A program made the translations under genes and the position numbers. Shown piece after piece: positions 13,715 through 25,398 of a stretch of 64,000 nt of DNA. This DNA is from Callorhinchus milii (Eukaryota), in NCBI RefSeq assembly GCF_018977255.1, contig NW_024704742.1, positions 125,552,001 through 125,616,000 on the forward strand, given 5' to 3'. The notes under the pieces were generated by a model. It did no database searches. It saw nothing but the letters and a program-made list of their open reading frames with translations, and was not told the DNA's origin. Position 1 is the first letter of the stretch; each line of letters starts with the position of its first letter.

Positions 13715-14050
13715 GCCTGTGCCTGCTCTCCTCAGCTTCTGTCTGTAGTATTCAGTCCTCGCTGTGTTCACCTCTGACTCCACTCTCCTCAATCCCCACT
13801 CTGATCAGCCTCCAATTCCTCAATCACCACTCCCCATTCTGTCCAGCATTTAACTACACGATCCCTGCACTACACTGACTCCTATTCTATTCTGAAGAAT
13901 CCCCTATTCTATTCTGCCTCTGACTCCACTTCTCAATCCTCACTCTGGTCCTGTTCAGTTCCCGACTCCACCATTATCTTCTCTTGCACTGTTAAGCCTC
14001 TGCTCTTTCCCAATCCTCCTCTGTTCCACTTTCTACTCTGCTCTCATGAC
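13715..14050. repeat. Pyrimidine-rich low-complexity tract with an internal duplication (about 145 bp spacing)
   Basis: cctctgactccact..ctcaatcc.cactctg at about 13771 and 13917. Confidence 0.6.
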
Positions 14051-15052
14051 CATTCTGCGATCAGTGTGACCAACATCCACTACAATGTATTTGCATTATA
14101 TTGGTCGGTCACTAGGGTCATAAATTATATTGGTTGGTCTCTGGTTGGTCACTAGGGGCAGCTTTGTAATTTAAAATTACAAAGTTACACCAAGAGTTAC
14201 AAATCCTCCAAGGAAATAACCTATTTGACTGGATTTTTACTGCTATAGTGATTCACAATTGCTTACAGCAATAGAGCTATTTGGGGCAATAGGCAGAATG
14301 TATACTTACAACTGTAAACTCTCTCTCTCCTGCTAAAGGCTAGGGAGAACTCTGCGCATGAGCAATAATGATCACGTCCACAGCTATATAAACCTGCTCT
14401 AAGGCAGGTTCATTTTATAATGCAATTGAAGACTCCCCTCGCAGGGAATGCTAATCTTGATTAACGTTCCAACAATGCAAGGATCTGATTCCTGTAAAGA
14501 GAGATCTTGCATTTTTATAGCACGTTATGTCAAAACATCTCAAAACACTTTTTGTAGCCAAACGTGGGAGTCATTTGCACCAACAAAATACCACAAACAC
14601 AAGGTGAGTAACCCATTAATTTGGAGAATTGTTTCCGGACTCCAAGATAAAGTCCATACAAATAATGCGTTGGTTTTCTAAAAAAAATCCCCCCTGAAAA
14701 CAGGCGAAGGCGACCTCAAATTCACTTGTTATTCAATATACAGCACCTATGACATTGTAGCATTCCCCAAGTATTGGAGTATCTGTTTGCACATTCAGTT
14801 CAAGCTGTAACGTGCAATTTAAACCCACCACCCTCAGGCTAGAATGTTACCAACCAACTGATTCATAGTTAGGAGACAACCTGCCAAAGTGATTTCAGAT
14901 GCAGGGCAAATCATTGCTTGTTAAAATCCATTTTAGCCTTCATGTGAAATGGTACTGAATTGACGCTAACAATGCAGGAAATAAATAGGGCATCACAGAC
15001 ACACACACACACTGTGACTGAATAAAGCTCACAGAGGAACATGCAGAACATC

Positions 15053-15697
15053 CTTTAATTGCCCGGTTCCGCCACTGCCTCACCCCTCAGGGCACCGAAA
15101 CCCTCATCCATGCTTTCATCACATTTAGGCTCGACTACGCCAACTCCCTCTTGTCGGCCTTCACAACGCTTCCCTCCGCAAGCTGCAGATCATCCAGAAC
15201 TCTATAGCTTGTGTCCTCTCCCGCACCAGGCTCCGTGATCCCATCACCCCCATCCTTGTACAGCTCCATTGGCTCCCCGTCTTCGCCTTCAAGGCTATCC
15301 ATGGCGTTGCTCATTCCTACCTCTGTAACCTGCCAACCCCATATCAAGCTGTCCGCTCCCTCTGTTCAGTTGGCTCTGGCCTGCTCCATGTCCCATGTCC
15401 GGTGCGCCTAACCATCGGGCCTTCAGCCTCTTTGCTTCCACCCTTTGGAACTCCATCCCACATTTCCTTCACCTTGCTCCCTCCCTTGCTTCCTTCAAGG
15501 GACATCTCAAGACCCTGCTCTTCGACCGCACATTCGGCCACTATGCTACCCCTACCCTCCCTGCCCTCCACCCTCCCTGGTGGAATTTGGACCCTCCCAG
15601 CCCCCTGCTTGGGTCCAAATTCCTGATTGTCCAGCGTCTTGGGACATCCTCCCGACATGAAAAGCGCTCTACAAATGTAATTTTATATTGTATTGTT
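15053..15697 (+). mobile_element. L2 3' fragment
   Basis: ETLIHAFIT-RLDYANSLL coding remnant, STLWNSIP...SFKGHLKTLLFD, tail gggacatcctcccgacatgaaaagcgc. Confidence 0.85.
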
Positions 15698-15954
15698 ACT
15701 ATTAGCTCAGACAAGCTGGTCAGTATTCTCAAAACTGCATTGCACCATAGCTTTGCTTTATTTGTAACAATTGGAAGCATTCAACATTACAGACATTTCC
15801 ATCCCTGCCTAAACTCCCTTTGTTTCACAGAAGGAACAATTTAAACTCATATTGCATGAAGTTTCTGGTGAAGACAGGAAAGAGGCTTCCTGACTGCCAG
15901 CAATGCTCAAGAGTCCGAAATACAAACCACGGGCTGAGTTGTTGTATAAAATTA

Positions 15955-16275
15955 ATAATAATAATCCTTGCATTTGACATAGCGCTTTATCACATCTTCG
16001 AGACGTCTAAAAACACTTTACAAAATACGCACTTTAAAGTGAATTTTACTGTGTATTTTGTGGGCGAAAGTCGGCAGCCAATTGTGCACAGCAGTGTCCC
16101 ACAAACAGTCGTGGAATGAGTGAACAATTTATTATTTGTTTTGAAGGAGTTATTACCCCGGAAAAGCGATCCGCCTATCGACTAACAACCAGGTTCCTAC
16201 TTACTGCCAGATAAACAGAGGCGTGTGGAGCAAGAAAACTCGCCCAGCGTTTCGTCCTGCCGGGAATCGAATCAA
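15955..16275 (-). mobile_element. tRNA-derived SINE, long variant, head truncated
   Basis: Tail, body and long-variant segment present; B-box remnant at about 16260-16275. Confidence 0.8.
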
Positions 16276-17989
16276 AGTAAAGTGTGCAATTAGGAAGAAC
16301 AAAAAGCCTGAGACTGTAAATGCACAAATGGACCCTTAGTACTGGATCAAACAATAATAATAATAATAATAATCCTTGCATTTGGTATGGCGCTTTTCAC
16401 ATCTTCTCGACTGCTTGATTCAAGGGTGACTAGTTGTATACAACTAGTTATTATACAACTAATAAGGTGGAAAACGCAGGAAAAACCAAGCATGATGGCA
16501 AGGCTACTCAGAATTATAATGTGCAGTAATAAGGTGTTGGTAAATACATAGATTTAAACTAATCATGTTTAAACATTCAGTTCAGATATCTCTACCTGTT
16601 GTGCAGTTTAATGTGTCACCTTTGGCACTGTAACTGACAGTAATACGAAGCAGCAATTTATCACTTGCATGCATTATTAATAAAGCAGTCAGTCCTGAGT
16701 CAATTGGAACCTTTAGGAAAGAAATGAATAAATATATGTTGAGATAGGTGATTAACACACTGACAAGAGGGATCTACCATATCATGACAGAAAAATAATA
16801 TAGCAATCTTTCCATTAAGTCTTTATAATGGGAAAACTTCATCATTCATAGTTACTTATGTCCTTCACTTCTGGTCAAGCAGTAATAGACACTTTCATGC
16901 CCTGCAAGGCAGCCAATCATTTTGACAATTGGGAATGAACAGTCAATGGCACATTTTCTCATTTCTGCTTCTTTCACTCTCTGGCAAGCCTTCTATTGCC
17001 TTTTCGTGGATGCAGATGATTGTCCCATATGCACACACTGTATAAGATCATGCCTGCACCAGGACTGACATGGTGGAACTACAATAATGTGGTGAAATTC
17101 TTAATGGTTCATTAAGTACCTGTACATTTAGCACATGGACATTGCAACAAAGAGTGAGATGTTTGTGCATTTAAACCAGCTTTGAGAATTATAATAGTAA
17201 TACTAGTAATAATCCTTGCATTTGATATAACCGTTTTCAAGTCTTGCAGACATCTCAAAGCACTTCACAGAATATACTGTAACCTTTGGCACTGATGAAT
17301 ATACTGATTTATTGTGCTTGTTCGTTTATTCTGATAAAGGTACAATACAGGGCTAGAAGGACAGTTAGAATAAGAAACTGAGAGACAGAGGGGTTAATTA
17401 GGTGTGTAATTAATGGGAAGACACTTTTGCTTCAATATGTGCCTAGTAGTTCAGGCCATGACCTGATAGCCACACTGTTTTAATATCTAGAACCAATTAG
17501 TGCAGATATCAACTTCTCTACTGTACATGGACTAGGTACATTTCCAGGAAATGCTGAGATAATACATGGTAACAATTTCAGGCAGGGGAAGACTGTCGTT
17601 CGATCTAGCCGTCCAAATCAATTTCCCACAACATTTCTTCACTGTACCTATCTCTAAATCTAATAACCATGAATCGTTTTAGTTGACAGGAACATGTCTT
17701 GTTACATTTTGAAAGAAAGCCTTTATGGTTTTTTTGATCCACCACTTGCGCTAGTATAGTGCAGCTCTGTTATAGTGCAAATAAGGAAGCTGCACTGTGC
17801 ATGGCATGCACACTGCCCAATCGCTTCCCATATGCTACAATGCCAGCTTTTGCACTAAAATAGGAGATTTTCAGGTCACTACCTGAGGTCAATTCGTCCT
17901 TTATTGCAAATGGGCAAAACAGGATTGACATCAGCAGCACCACAATGACATGGGAGTTGGCCATTTTAGCTTCCAGAGTTCCAGAGTTT

Positions 17990-18307
17990 GGAGTCCTGTA
18001 GCTCAGTGGTTAGAGCACTCGCTTTGCAAGTGAGAGACCTGAGTTCAATTCCAGGTCAGGGCAAAACCTTGGGCAAGTTTCCTTACTCCACACGCCTAAT
18101 AATAATCCCTCCAAAAAACCAAAAACAATAATTAAATTGGTCATTTTCAATCTACGACTGTTTGTGGGACACTGCTGTGCGCAATTGGCTGCCGCGTTCG
18201 CCCACAAATATACAGTCGATTCACTTTACAGTGTGTTCTGTGAAGCGCTTTGGGACGTCCTCCTGACGTGAAAAGCGCTATATCAAATGCAAGGATTATT
18301 ATTATTA
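17990..18307 (+). mobile_element. Full-length young tRNA-derived SINE (short variant, L2-matched tail)
   Basis: A box tagctcagtgg, B box gttcaattcc, tail gggacgtcctcctgacgtgaaaagcgc...(tta)n. Confidence 0.9.
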
Positions 18308-18388
18308 AACATGGGTGAATTTAAGGTTATCAGGTCACCACTGATATCACTTCCTGCTCTGCATATGTGCAGTGAACAGGAAGTGGCA

Positions 18389-18593
18389 AAACCAAAAACA
18401 ATAATAAATTGGTCATTTTCAATCTACGACTGTTTGTGGGACATTGCTGTGCGCAATTGGCTGCCGTGTTCGCCCACAAATATACAGTCAATTCACTTTA
18501 CAGTGTGTTCTGTGAAGCGCTTTGGGACGTCCTCCCGACGTGAAAAGCGCTATATCAAATGCAAGGTTTATTATTATTATTATTATTATTATT
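18389..18593 (+). mobile_element. 5'-truncated copy of the same SINE
   Basis: Near-identical to 18115-18307. Confidence 0.85.
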
Positions 18594-19478
18594 GTGAGCA
18601 GAGGAGTGTGGAGCAAGGAAACTTTCCAATCTATTGTCCTGCCCAGGAATCAAACCCAGGTCCGCTCGCTTGGGAGACGATGCCGTAATCACTAAGGTAC
18701 AAGACTACTTTTTCAAAAAAAAAATGTCCTTACTTCTTTGTTGTTCTAATTTTGGCATTATCACACCTTGTTCTTTGAATTTTGTACGCAGCAGAAAATG
18801 CATCTGAATCTAAATTTTCCAAAGCCTTGGTAAGCCTAAGTATCTCTATCAAGTACCCCTTTCAGTCTTCTCTGTTTGAAAGAAAAAGTCCCAGGTAAGT
18901 AAGTGAACGTCCTTGACTTTGCCTTGATTTTCTTTTGCTTGAGCTCTGTGCCATTTGTCCAGAGTGCTTGAGAGCAAAGGTCTGACAGACATGTGATACG
19001 GTGCAGTCAATTTTAGTACTGTTATCCTCCATCAGACAGAAGCATGTCTGATGACAAGAGGCTGCACCGACTGCTTATCAACTCTGCAACTAACAGTTCT
19101 GTCAGAGGGGTCCAGATTTTAGGTGAACTTTCAAATGAGTTTTACACTTCCTTAATTAAAAATAATTTTAGAAACATGGCCCCTTGAATGCGCAAATTGA
19201 TTTAACCACTGACTCTGAATTGCGTAAAGAACTGTTTAATTCATTCATGGATTTTGTCTGCTCTTTAGCCTTTAATCACATTAAATCAATATGGGCGGCA
19301 CTGCAGGGGTAACTTTGTGACCTGGAAAGCGGTCATTTTTTCTTTTAACGCGGGAACTGGCTAGTGCGCAGGAAGTGAGTTGGCCAGCTGTACGTATGCC
19401 CCATGGGGTAGGATTTTATGTTTCCCAAACATGTTAGAACAAGACTCGCTTGTGGTTTATTCCATGTGTCTGTCACGC

Positions 19479-19820
19479 TTATAATAATAATCCTTGCATT
19501 TGATATAAAGCCTTATCACATCTTCGAGATGTCTCAAAGTGCTTCAAAGAATGTACTGTAAAGTGGATTGACTGTATATTTTGTGGGTGAAATGCGGCAG
19601 CCATTTGCGCACAGCAGTGTCCTACAAACAGCTGAGTTAATTTTTTTTTGAAGGGGTTATTACACCAGGAAAAGCGATCTGCCAATCGACTTGCAACTGG
19701 GTTCCTACTCACTGCTACGTAAGCAGAGGCGTATGGAGTAAGGAAGCTTTGCGCATGTTTTGCCTTGCCTAGGAAGCAAACCCAGGTCCTTTCACTTGCT
19801 AGGCGAGTCCTCTAACCAAC
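19479..19820 (-). mobile_element. tRNA-derived SINE, long variant
   Basis: Tail, body, long-variant segment and decayed head. Confidence 0.8.
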
Positions 19821-19864
19821 ACACTGTTTATTGTAGCACTACTCAATTTATGGTATTTTTTTCA

Positions 19865-20210
19865 GTCTAGGGTGATGCTTCAGTGCAGTGCTGGGGTTGC
19901 GCTGAATTGCAAAAGATGCCGTCCTTCTGATAAGATGTTAAACTGATATCCCCCTGCCTGTTCAGGTGGGCATTAGAGATCCCATGGCACTATTGAAAAG
20001 ACGAGAAGGGAGTTTCTCCCGCTGTCTTGGCCAACAATTCCCGCCAGATAAAAATATCATTGACTTTGTGGCCAATAATCTCTTGGTAAAATTAATCATT
20101 CATACCACATCACAAACACTCTAAGGCAAATCCTAGGAAGTGCTTTGAGATGTTATGATGATGTGATATGGCACTATATCAAGATGCAAGGATTATTATT
20201 ATAATAAGGA
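19865..20210 (+). mobile_element. Deu-domain SINE
   Basis: gttcaggtgggcattagagatcccatggcactatt...tgtcttggccaaca core. Confidence 0.72.
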
Positions 20211-20754
20211 AATGAGAACTCCTTTCAGTAACTGGGAGTAAATCTCACTGATCCATGGAAACTCTGCTCCCATGAGATTAACTTCCAGAGTGGAGTTATT
20301 AAGGAATTCTGTCAAGGAATATTAAATGCACACACACAAGTAATTCTAATTCCACACACCACTGATTTTAATGATTTTATATGTACAATGAGCAGTTAAT
20401 ATTCTAATAGCTCCTTCAAGTGACCTGAGAGTTATAATTAAAATCTGTGATTCTCCCACTCCCCCACCCCTGATCCCTGGAACTTTATAGTGAAGGGGAA
20501 AGTGCAAGGTCATATTGAATCTTATTTTATCAACACAAATATTTTGCTTATATGTAAAAAGGTACTGAGGGAAATGACCGTTACTTAGAATCACATATAA
20601 TCTATAGCAGAGAAAGATTTGTCCCAACTTGTCTATGCCGATGTTGATACTCCACATGAACCTTCAATCATTCTAATTCCACCCCCCACCTTCCCTTCTC
20701 CAAGGCAAGAGTATACCTGACATACCTGGGATGATTAATCAAATGTGCAACCCA

Positions 20755-21485
20755 GATTTCAGTTGGTAGCATTCTCACTTCTTGTACAGAAGGTTATGAG
20801 TTCAAGCCCTACGCTGGGACTTTGAGCTCTTAGTCTAGACACTGCATTGTTTGAGCTGTTTTAGTTTGGATTAGATGTCAAAACATCTGACTGTTTTTAA
20901 GGTGGAGGTTAGGGATCCCATGATATCATTTAAAGAGAGGAGGGAGTTTCTTCCAGTGCCTCCAGATTTATTGCTCATTCAATTCATGGCTGGCTGTGGG
21001 ATCTTTGAGTACTTAATGAATGCTGTGTTTGCCTATAAATATAGTCCTTACACTCGGCAGTAACCATTTTTGAGATGATAAAATCCTAGTTTTATCTTCT
21101 AGGAAATAGAGAGGTGTCAGCCTGGCTCAGTTGTTAACAATTTTGCTTCTGAGTTCAAGTGCAACATCAGGACTTTGAACTCATATTGTCTAGGCTCACA
21201 CTTCAATGCAGTTCTGAGGATGGGTCATCCTTCAGTGGATACTGAAGATCCTCTGGCACTATTTGAAAAGAGAAGGGAGTTTCTCCAAATATCCTGGCCA
21301 AGAATACTCTCAAATAAAGTTGATCACTTATTTCACGGCTGTTTGTTGGACATTTCTATGTGCAAATTGGTTGCTTTATTCACCTACAGTCACTACACGT
21401 TACAGTACATTCTGTGAAGCACTTTGAGATACCTCTCTGATGTCTTTATAAGGCAATATACCAAATGCAAAGATTATTATTATAT
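20755..21485 (+). mobile_element. Two tandem decayed Deu-domain SINEs
   Basis: Heads at about 20755 and 21115 (tgtcagcctggctcagttg); gatccc/gatcctctggcactatt cores. Confidence 0.65.
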
Positions 21486-22944
21486 CTTTTAAAAGCTCAC
21501 ACAAAGAGGGAGTTACAGGCACACTTTATCATGGATTAAAAACAAAAAAAAAGATTGCAAAATTTACACATAATTTACACAACTCACATCATGGGCCTGT
21601 TCTCTAACATAATTCCTCACAATAATCTTTCTTATCCCAAAGGTGCTTTTACAGAGCAGGTCAAAACCCAGATGAGAAATGCTACCAGTCCAGTTGCTTG
21701 CAGTAACTCGTCTGGGTGATTTTCTGTTTTGCCCACAAAATATACAATCAATTCACTTTATTACAGTATATTCTGTGAAGCAATTTGAGATGTCTTGAAG
21801 ATGTATTAAGACGGTGTATCAAATGCATTATGCATTCTTTGCACATAATGTATTTGGATTATGATTTATACTTAGTTTAGTTGGATGTACAGTAACATTA
21901 TATGCTATAAAAAATCAGTTAGGGCATTTCCATGTGCAGGTGGGATGCGTGGAACTGGTTGGTTTGGATACTTTTAAGAATAGTGATAGGTTTCCGCATG
22001 TGTCAGACCCCAGCTGATCAATAGTAAAAATGTAAATACAGTTACTGCACTTTACAGTAAATCCTGTGAGGCCCTTTGAGATGTTCTCCTGATGTGAAAT
22101 GACCCTAAACCAAATGCAACGATTATTATTTAAAAAAATACATTAAATAAAATTTCCAGAAGATTCCTCTTGATGGCACATGTGTTTTCGAGAGAAAAAT
22201 ATAAATTGGAGACAGCTTGAACTAATAAACTAGGTTTTTAATGTTTTTTTCTGGAAATGTTCCTATTTAAGCAATTCTAAGTAAAGTTGCTTCTCGAAGG
22301 TTAACTAAAGGAAATACTCTTATGTAGTTTCACTGCAGTTGTGCAGATTTCGCTTTACATGACCTATATAAACTGTGCTTGTGCTATTTCCTGGCTCACT
22401 AAAAACCACAGATGCTTTGCCTTCCAAACACAAACTTCATCAGATCATATCAAGCCTGTGTTTTGGTCAGAATTTAAATACAATAGGAAGGTATATACAA
22501 GGTAAATGTGCTATAAAAAGACATGTTTTCAATGCTATAAAGGGAAGGCAATGGGGGTGATAAACTGGAAAGATGATATCAAATGGGACCAAGAATGTTG
22601 AAAATCATCACATGATCCTCTCTTGTGACCAAATTTATGTATCTTGATTGTTGCTGTTACATAACGCTGGAGCAACCTAAATATATAACTACAAGTATGT
22701 AAATGTGTAACCGCAACAACTGCTTGCTAGTAGCTAAATCCATCTCAATTTGTACTGTAAAATTAAATTCTATTTTGGCCCATATTTCTTCTCCATGATC
22801 AGCACTTACAATGCGTACCATTTCCCAACCTAGACAATAGTATGTCTGCCTGGCTCAGTGTGTCTGCCTGGTTCCAGCACCTTGGGACGTCCTCCCGACG
22901 TGAAAGGCACTGTACAAATGTAATCTTGTTGTTGTTGTTGTAGA

Positions 22945-23570
22945 ACTCTCTCCTCTGAGTCAGAATTTATAGGTTCAAGCCACGTGACTGGACTTGGAAT
23001 CACATAGTCTAAACTGACATTCCGACACATTGCTGGGAGGGTGTTGATTTGTTGGAGGTCACATCCTTTGGATAAGATGTTAAACTGAGATCCTGTCTGC
23101 CTGTTCAGGTTCCAGTTAAAGATCTCATGGCACTATTCATATTATTAAAGGAAACTACCTCCAAAATCTTTGTCTATAAACATGGACTCTGATCCTTAGG
23201 GTAGGAGCCACTTTATTTATTTGTGTCCTGAAATGCATCAAATGGTCAAGTTTCTTCATTCATAACGTGTGCATTTTATAATTATAATCTTTACAGCTGA
23301 TATAGTTCCTTTCACATCAGGAGGATGCCTCAAAGTGCTTTGCAGGATTTACTGTAAATTGTAGTGACTGTGTATTTTGTAGGCAAATCTAGCAACTAAT
23401 TTGCATTCAACAATGTCCCACAAACAGCCATGAAGCAGATGATCAATTTTATTTGGGGGATTGTTGGCTAGGACACTTGGAGAAACTCCCCTCTCTTTTG
23501 GAATAGTGCCATGATATCTTTACCATCCACCTGAACAGGTCGATACAACCTTGGTTTTATGTCATACAAA
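22945..23570. mobile_element. Deu-domain SINE fragments (+ strand 22945-23140, - strand 23280-23570)
   Basis: ctctgagtcaga head and ctgttcaggt...gatctcatggcactatt core, followed by a reverse-complement copy. Confidence 0.7.
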
Positions 23571-23766
23571 TAAGCAAACAGTGAAGGTTAAAAAGAAGCC
23601 CAGCTGGAAAGATACAACATGACTGTTTTGGGTGACTTTTCTAAGTTTCATTTATTCGGTTTGAAATTATTATGTTTTGGTCAGCTGAGTGTCTGACACT
23701 CATGGAAAACCCATCACCATGTGTAAACAGTATCTGAACCAGACAGATTTCCACATATGAACAGAA

Positions 23767-23858
23767 ATGTCCCTATGACTGGAATGGAATGTACACTCTC
23801 CTCTTCTTGGAGGAATGCACCCGCCTCATCTAATCCCAGAAACAATTAAGCACTTTCT
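23767..23858 (+). repeat. 92-bp inverted repeat, left copy
   Basis: Exact reverse complement of 25307-25398. Confidence 0.96.
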
Positions 23859-25306
23859 CAAGGCTAGGGGACCCCAGTGTGTGCATTGAAGCACTGTGGG
23901 AGTTTAACCAGCATGAGAATGGGAATCAGAATGGTCCAAAAGAGCCATTACGGTCTCTGTGGTCACTCCTAAAGTAAGAATAAGTAATTATGCACTATCA
24001 ATGTCTCTGCATACCTGCAGATTTTCCAGATCCCAACCACCCCTTTATAAAAGGGCTCCACCATGACTATCAAATTCCCTTTTGAATTTGCTGGCACAAT
24101 CTATCTCCACTGCCTTCTTTGGGCATCCGTTCCACATAGTCAACACTCTCTGTGTGATTTAATTCAATCCAAACTATTTGTTCACCTTCCCTCATCTGAG
24201 CTAGGGGCGGTGTTGTGTGTGGATGGAATCACAAGAGTAGTAGTTTGGATTTGGTCACATTGGTCACTTAATCTGGGAAGCATTGGGATGTTCAAACTAA
24301 AGTATATAATCCAGCAATCTATGGGAAGAAGACACTGAAATACTCCCATCGAAATACTCTATTAAGGAAATCCTAAAAAAAGGTGCAAATAGCCTGAGGG
24401 AATTTTCAGATATTTTGGGGTTTATTTAATGTGTTCTATAAACAGTGCTGAGGATGTCAGTTACACAAAAATGTCTACATTTTGCTCTTTAAGTGGAATT
24501 TTCCAGCAGCTAATGTTAAACTACACTGATATTTTGCCAATAAAAGTGCTGGTAATTATCCGCATGAATTTTGTCTGCTCTCTTGGGATACGCAGCAGAT
24601 TGTGTCAGGTCTCACTGCTGTGGATGAGCTCTAACTCTTTGATCTTGTGCCAGTGGAAAGAGTTCTGTACTACCCATTCCTGGATAGGTTGGCGACACCA
24701 AAGGTTAGGCTGCACTTTCACCCATGGGGTCTGACAGCCTGGTCTAGCAGGATGTAAATCTTGTATGTGCCAGTTACAAATTAATTGCAACAGCTTCAAC
24801 GTCAGTTCCCAGTAAGTACGACTCCACAGTGTAGCCTAGTTCAGTTGGTAGCTCTCTGGGTCGAAAGATTATAGGAAGGAAACTTCTGTCAGGTTTGCCT
24901 TACAAAGACGGTGTTTTGAGAATCTGACGTGATAAGCGTTATAATAAGAAAGCTTATCTGCCCTCTGCTCTTCTGTCCTCTGCTCTTCTACTCGCTGCTC
25001 TTCCATTTCCAGGCAATAGCTCATTTTTCATTCTGAACGACCTACCTTCAGCTGCCACTTCTATGTCCCACTTTCTGGAACCTTCGTTCAAAATCTCTTT
25101 ACTTTGCTCTTTTCTTTCTGCCTTGGAAACCTTATTAACTTCTCTCTTCACTTGTGCCTTTGATCAACACACTTAAATTCAGCTTCCTCTCCTCCCTGCT
25201 TAGTGCTTCCTGTTATCTCTGTCAAGCACTCCGGAGATACTTGAAGGACGTTATGTAAATTTTCATCCGTTGACCAACAGATTTTTTTTGATTAGCCATC
25301 AAAAAA

Positions 25307-25398
25307 AGAAAGTGCTTAATTGTTTCTGGGATTAGATGAGGCGGGTGCATTCCTCCAAGAAGAGGAGAGTGTACATTCCATTCCAGTCATAGGGACAT
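25307..25398 (-). repeat. 92-bp inverted repeat, right copy
   Basis: Exact reverse complement of 23767-23858. Confidence 0.96.

Noticed and set aside
17990..18062. tRNA-Ala(TGC)-like sequence (also at 9710, 28475, 33647, 39398, 43970, 49951 and 61773)
   Set aside because: A/B boxes and an anticodon arm are present, but there is no proper acceptor stem and each copy continues into a shared SINE body and tail. These are SINE heads, not tRNA genes.
18287..18688. Recurrent small ORFs ending ...[12 protein letters not shown] or ...YQMQGLLL
   Set aside because: Translations of the SINE body and tail, repeated because the SINE is repeated. Not a peptide gene family.
23767..25398. Autonomous DNA transposon bounded by the 92-bp inverted repeats
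   Set aside because: No transposase-like ORF inside and no target-site duplication seen. Kept only as an inverted-duplication finding.
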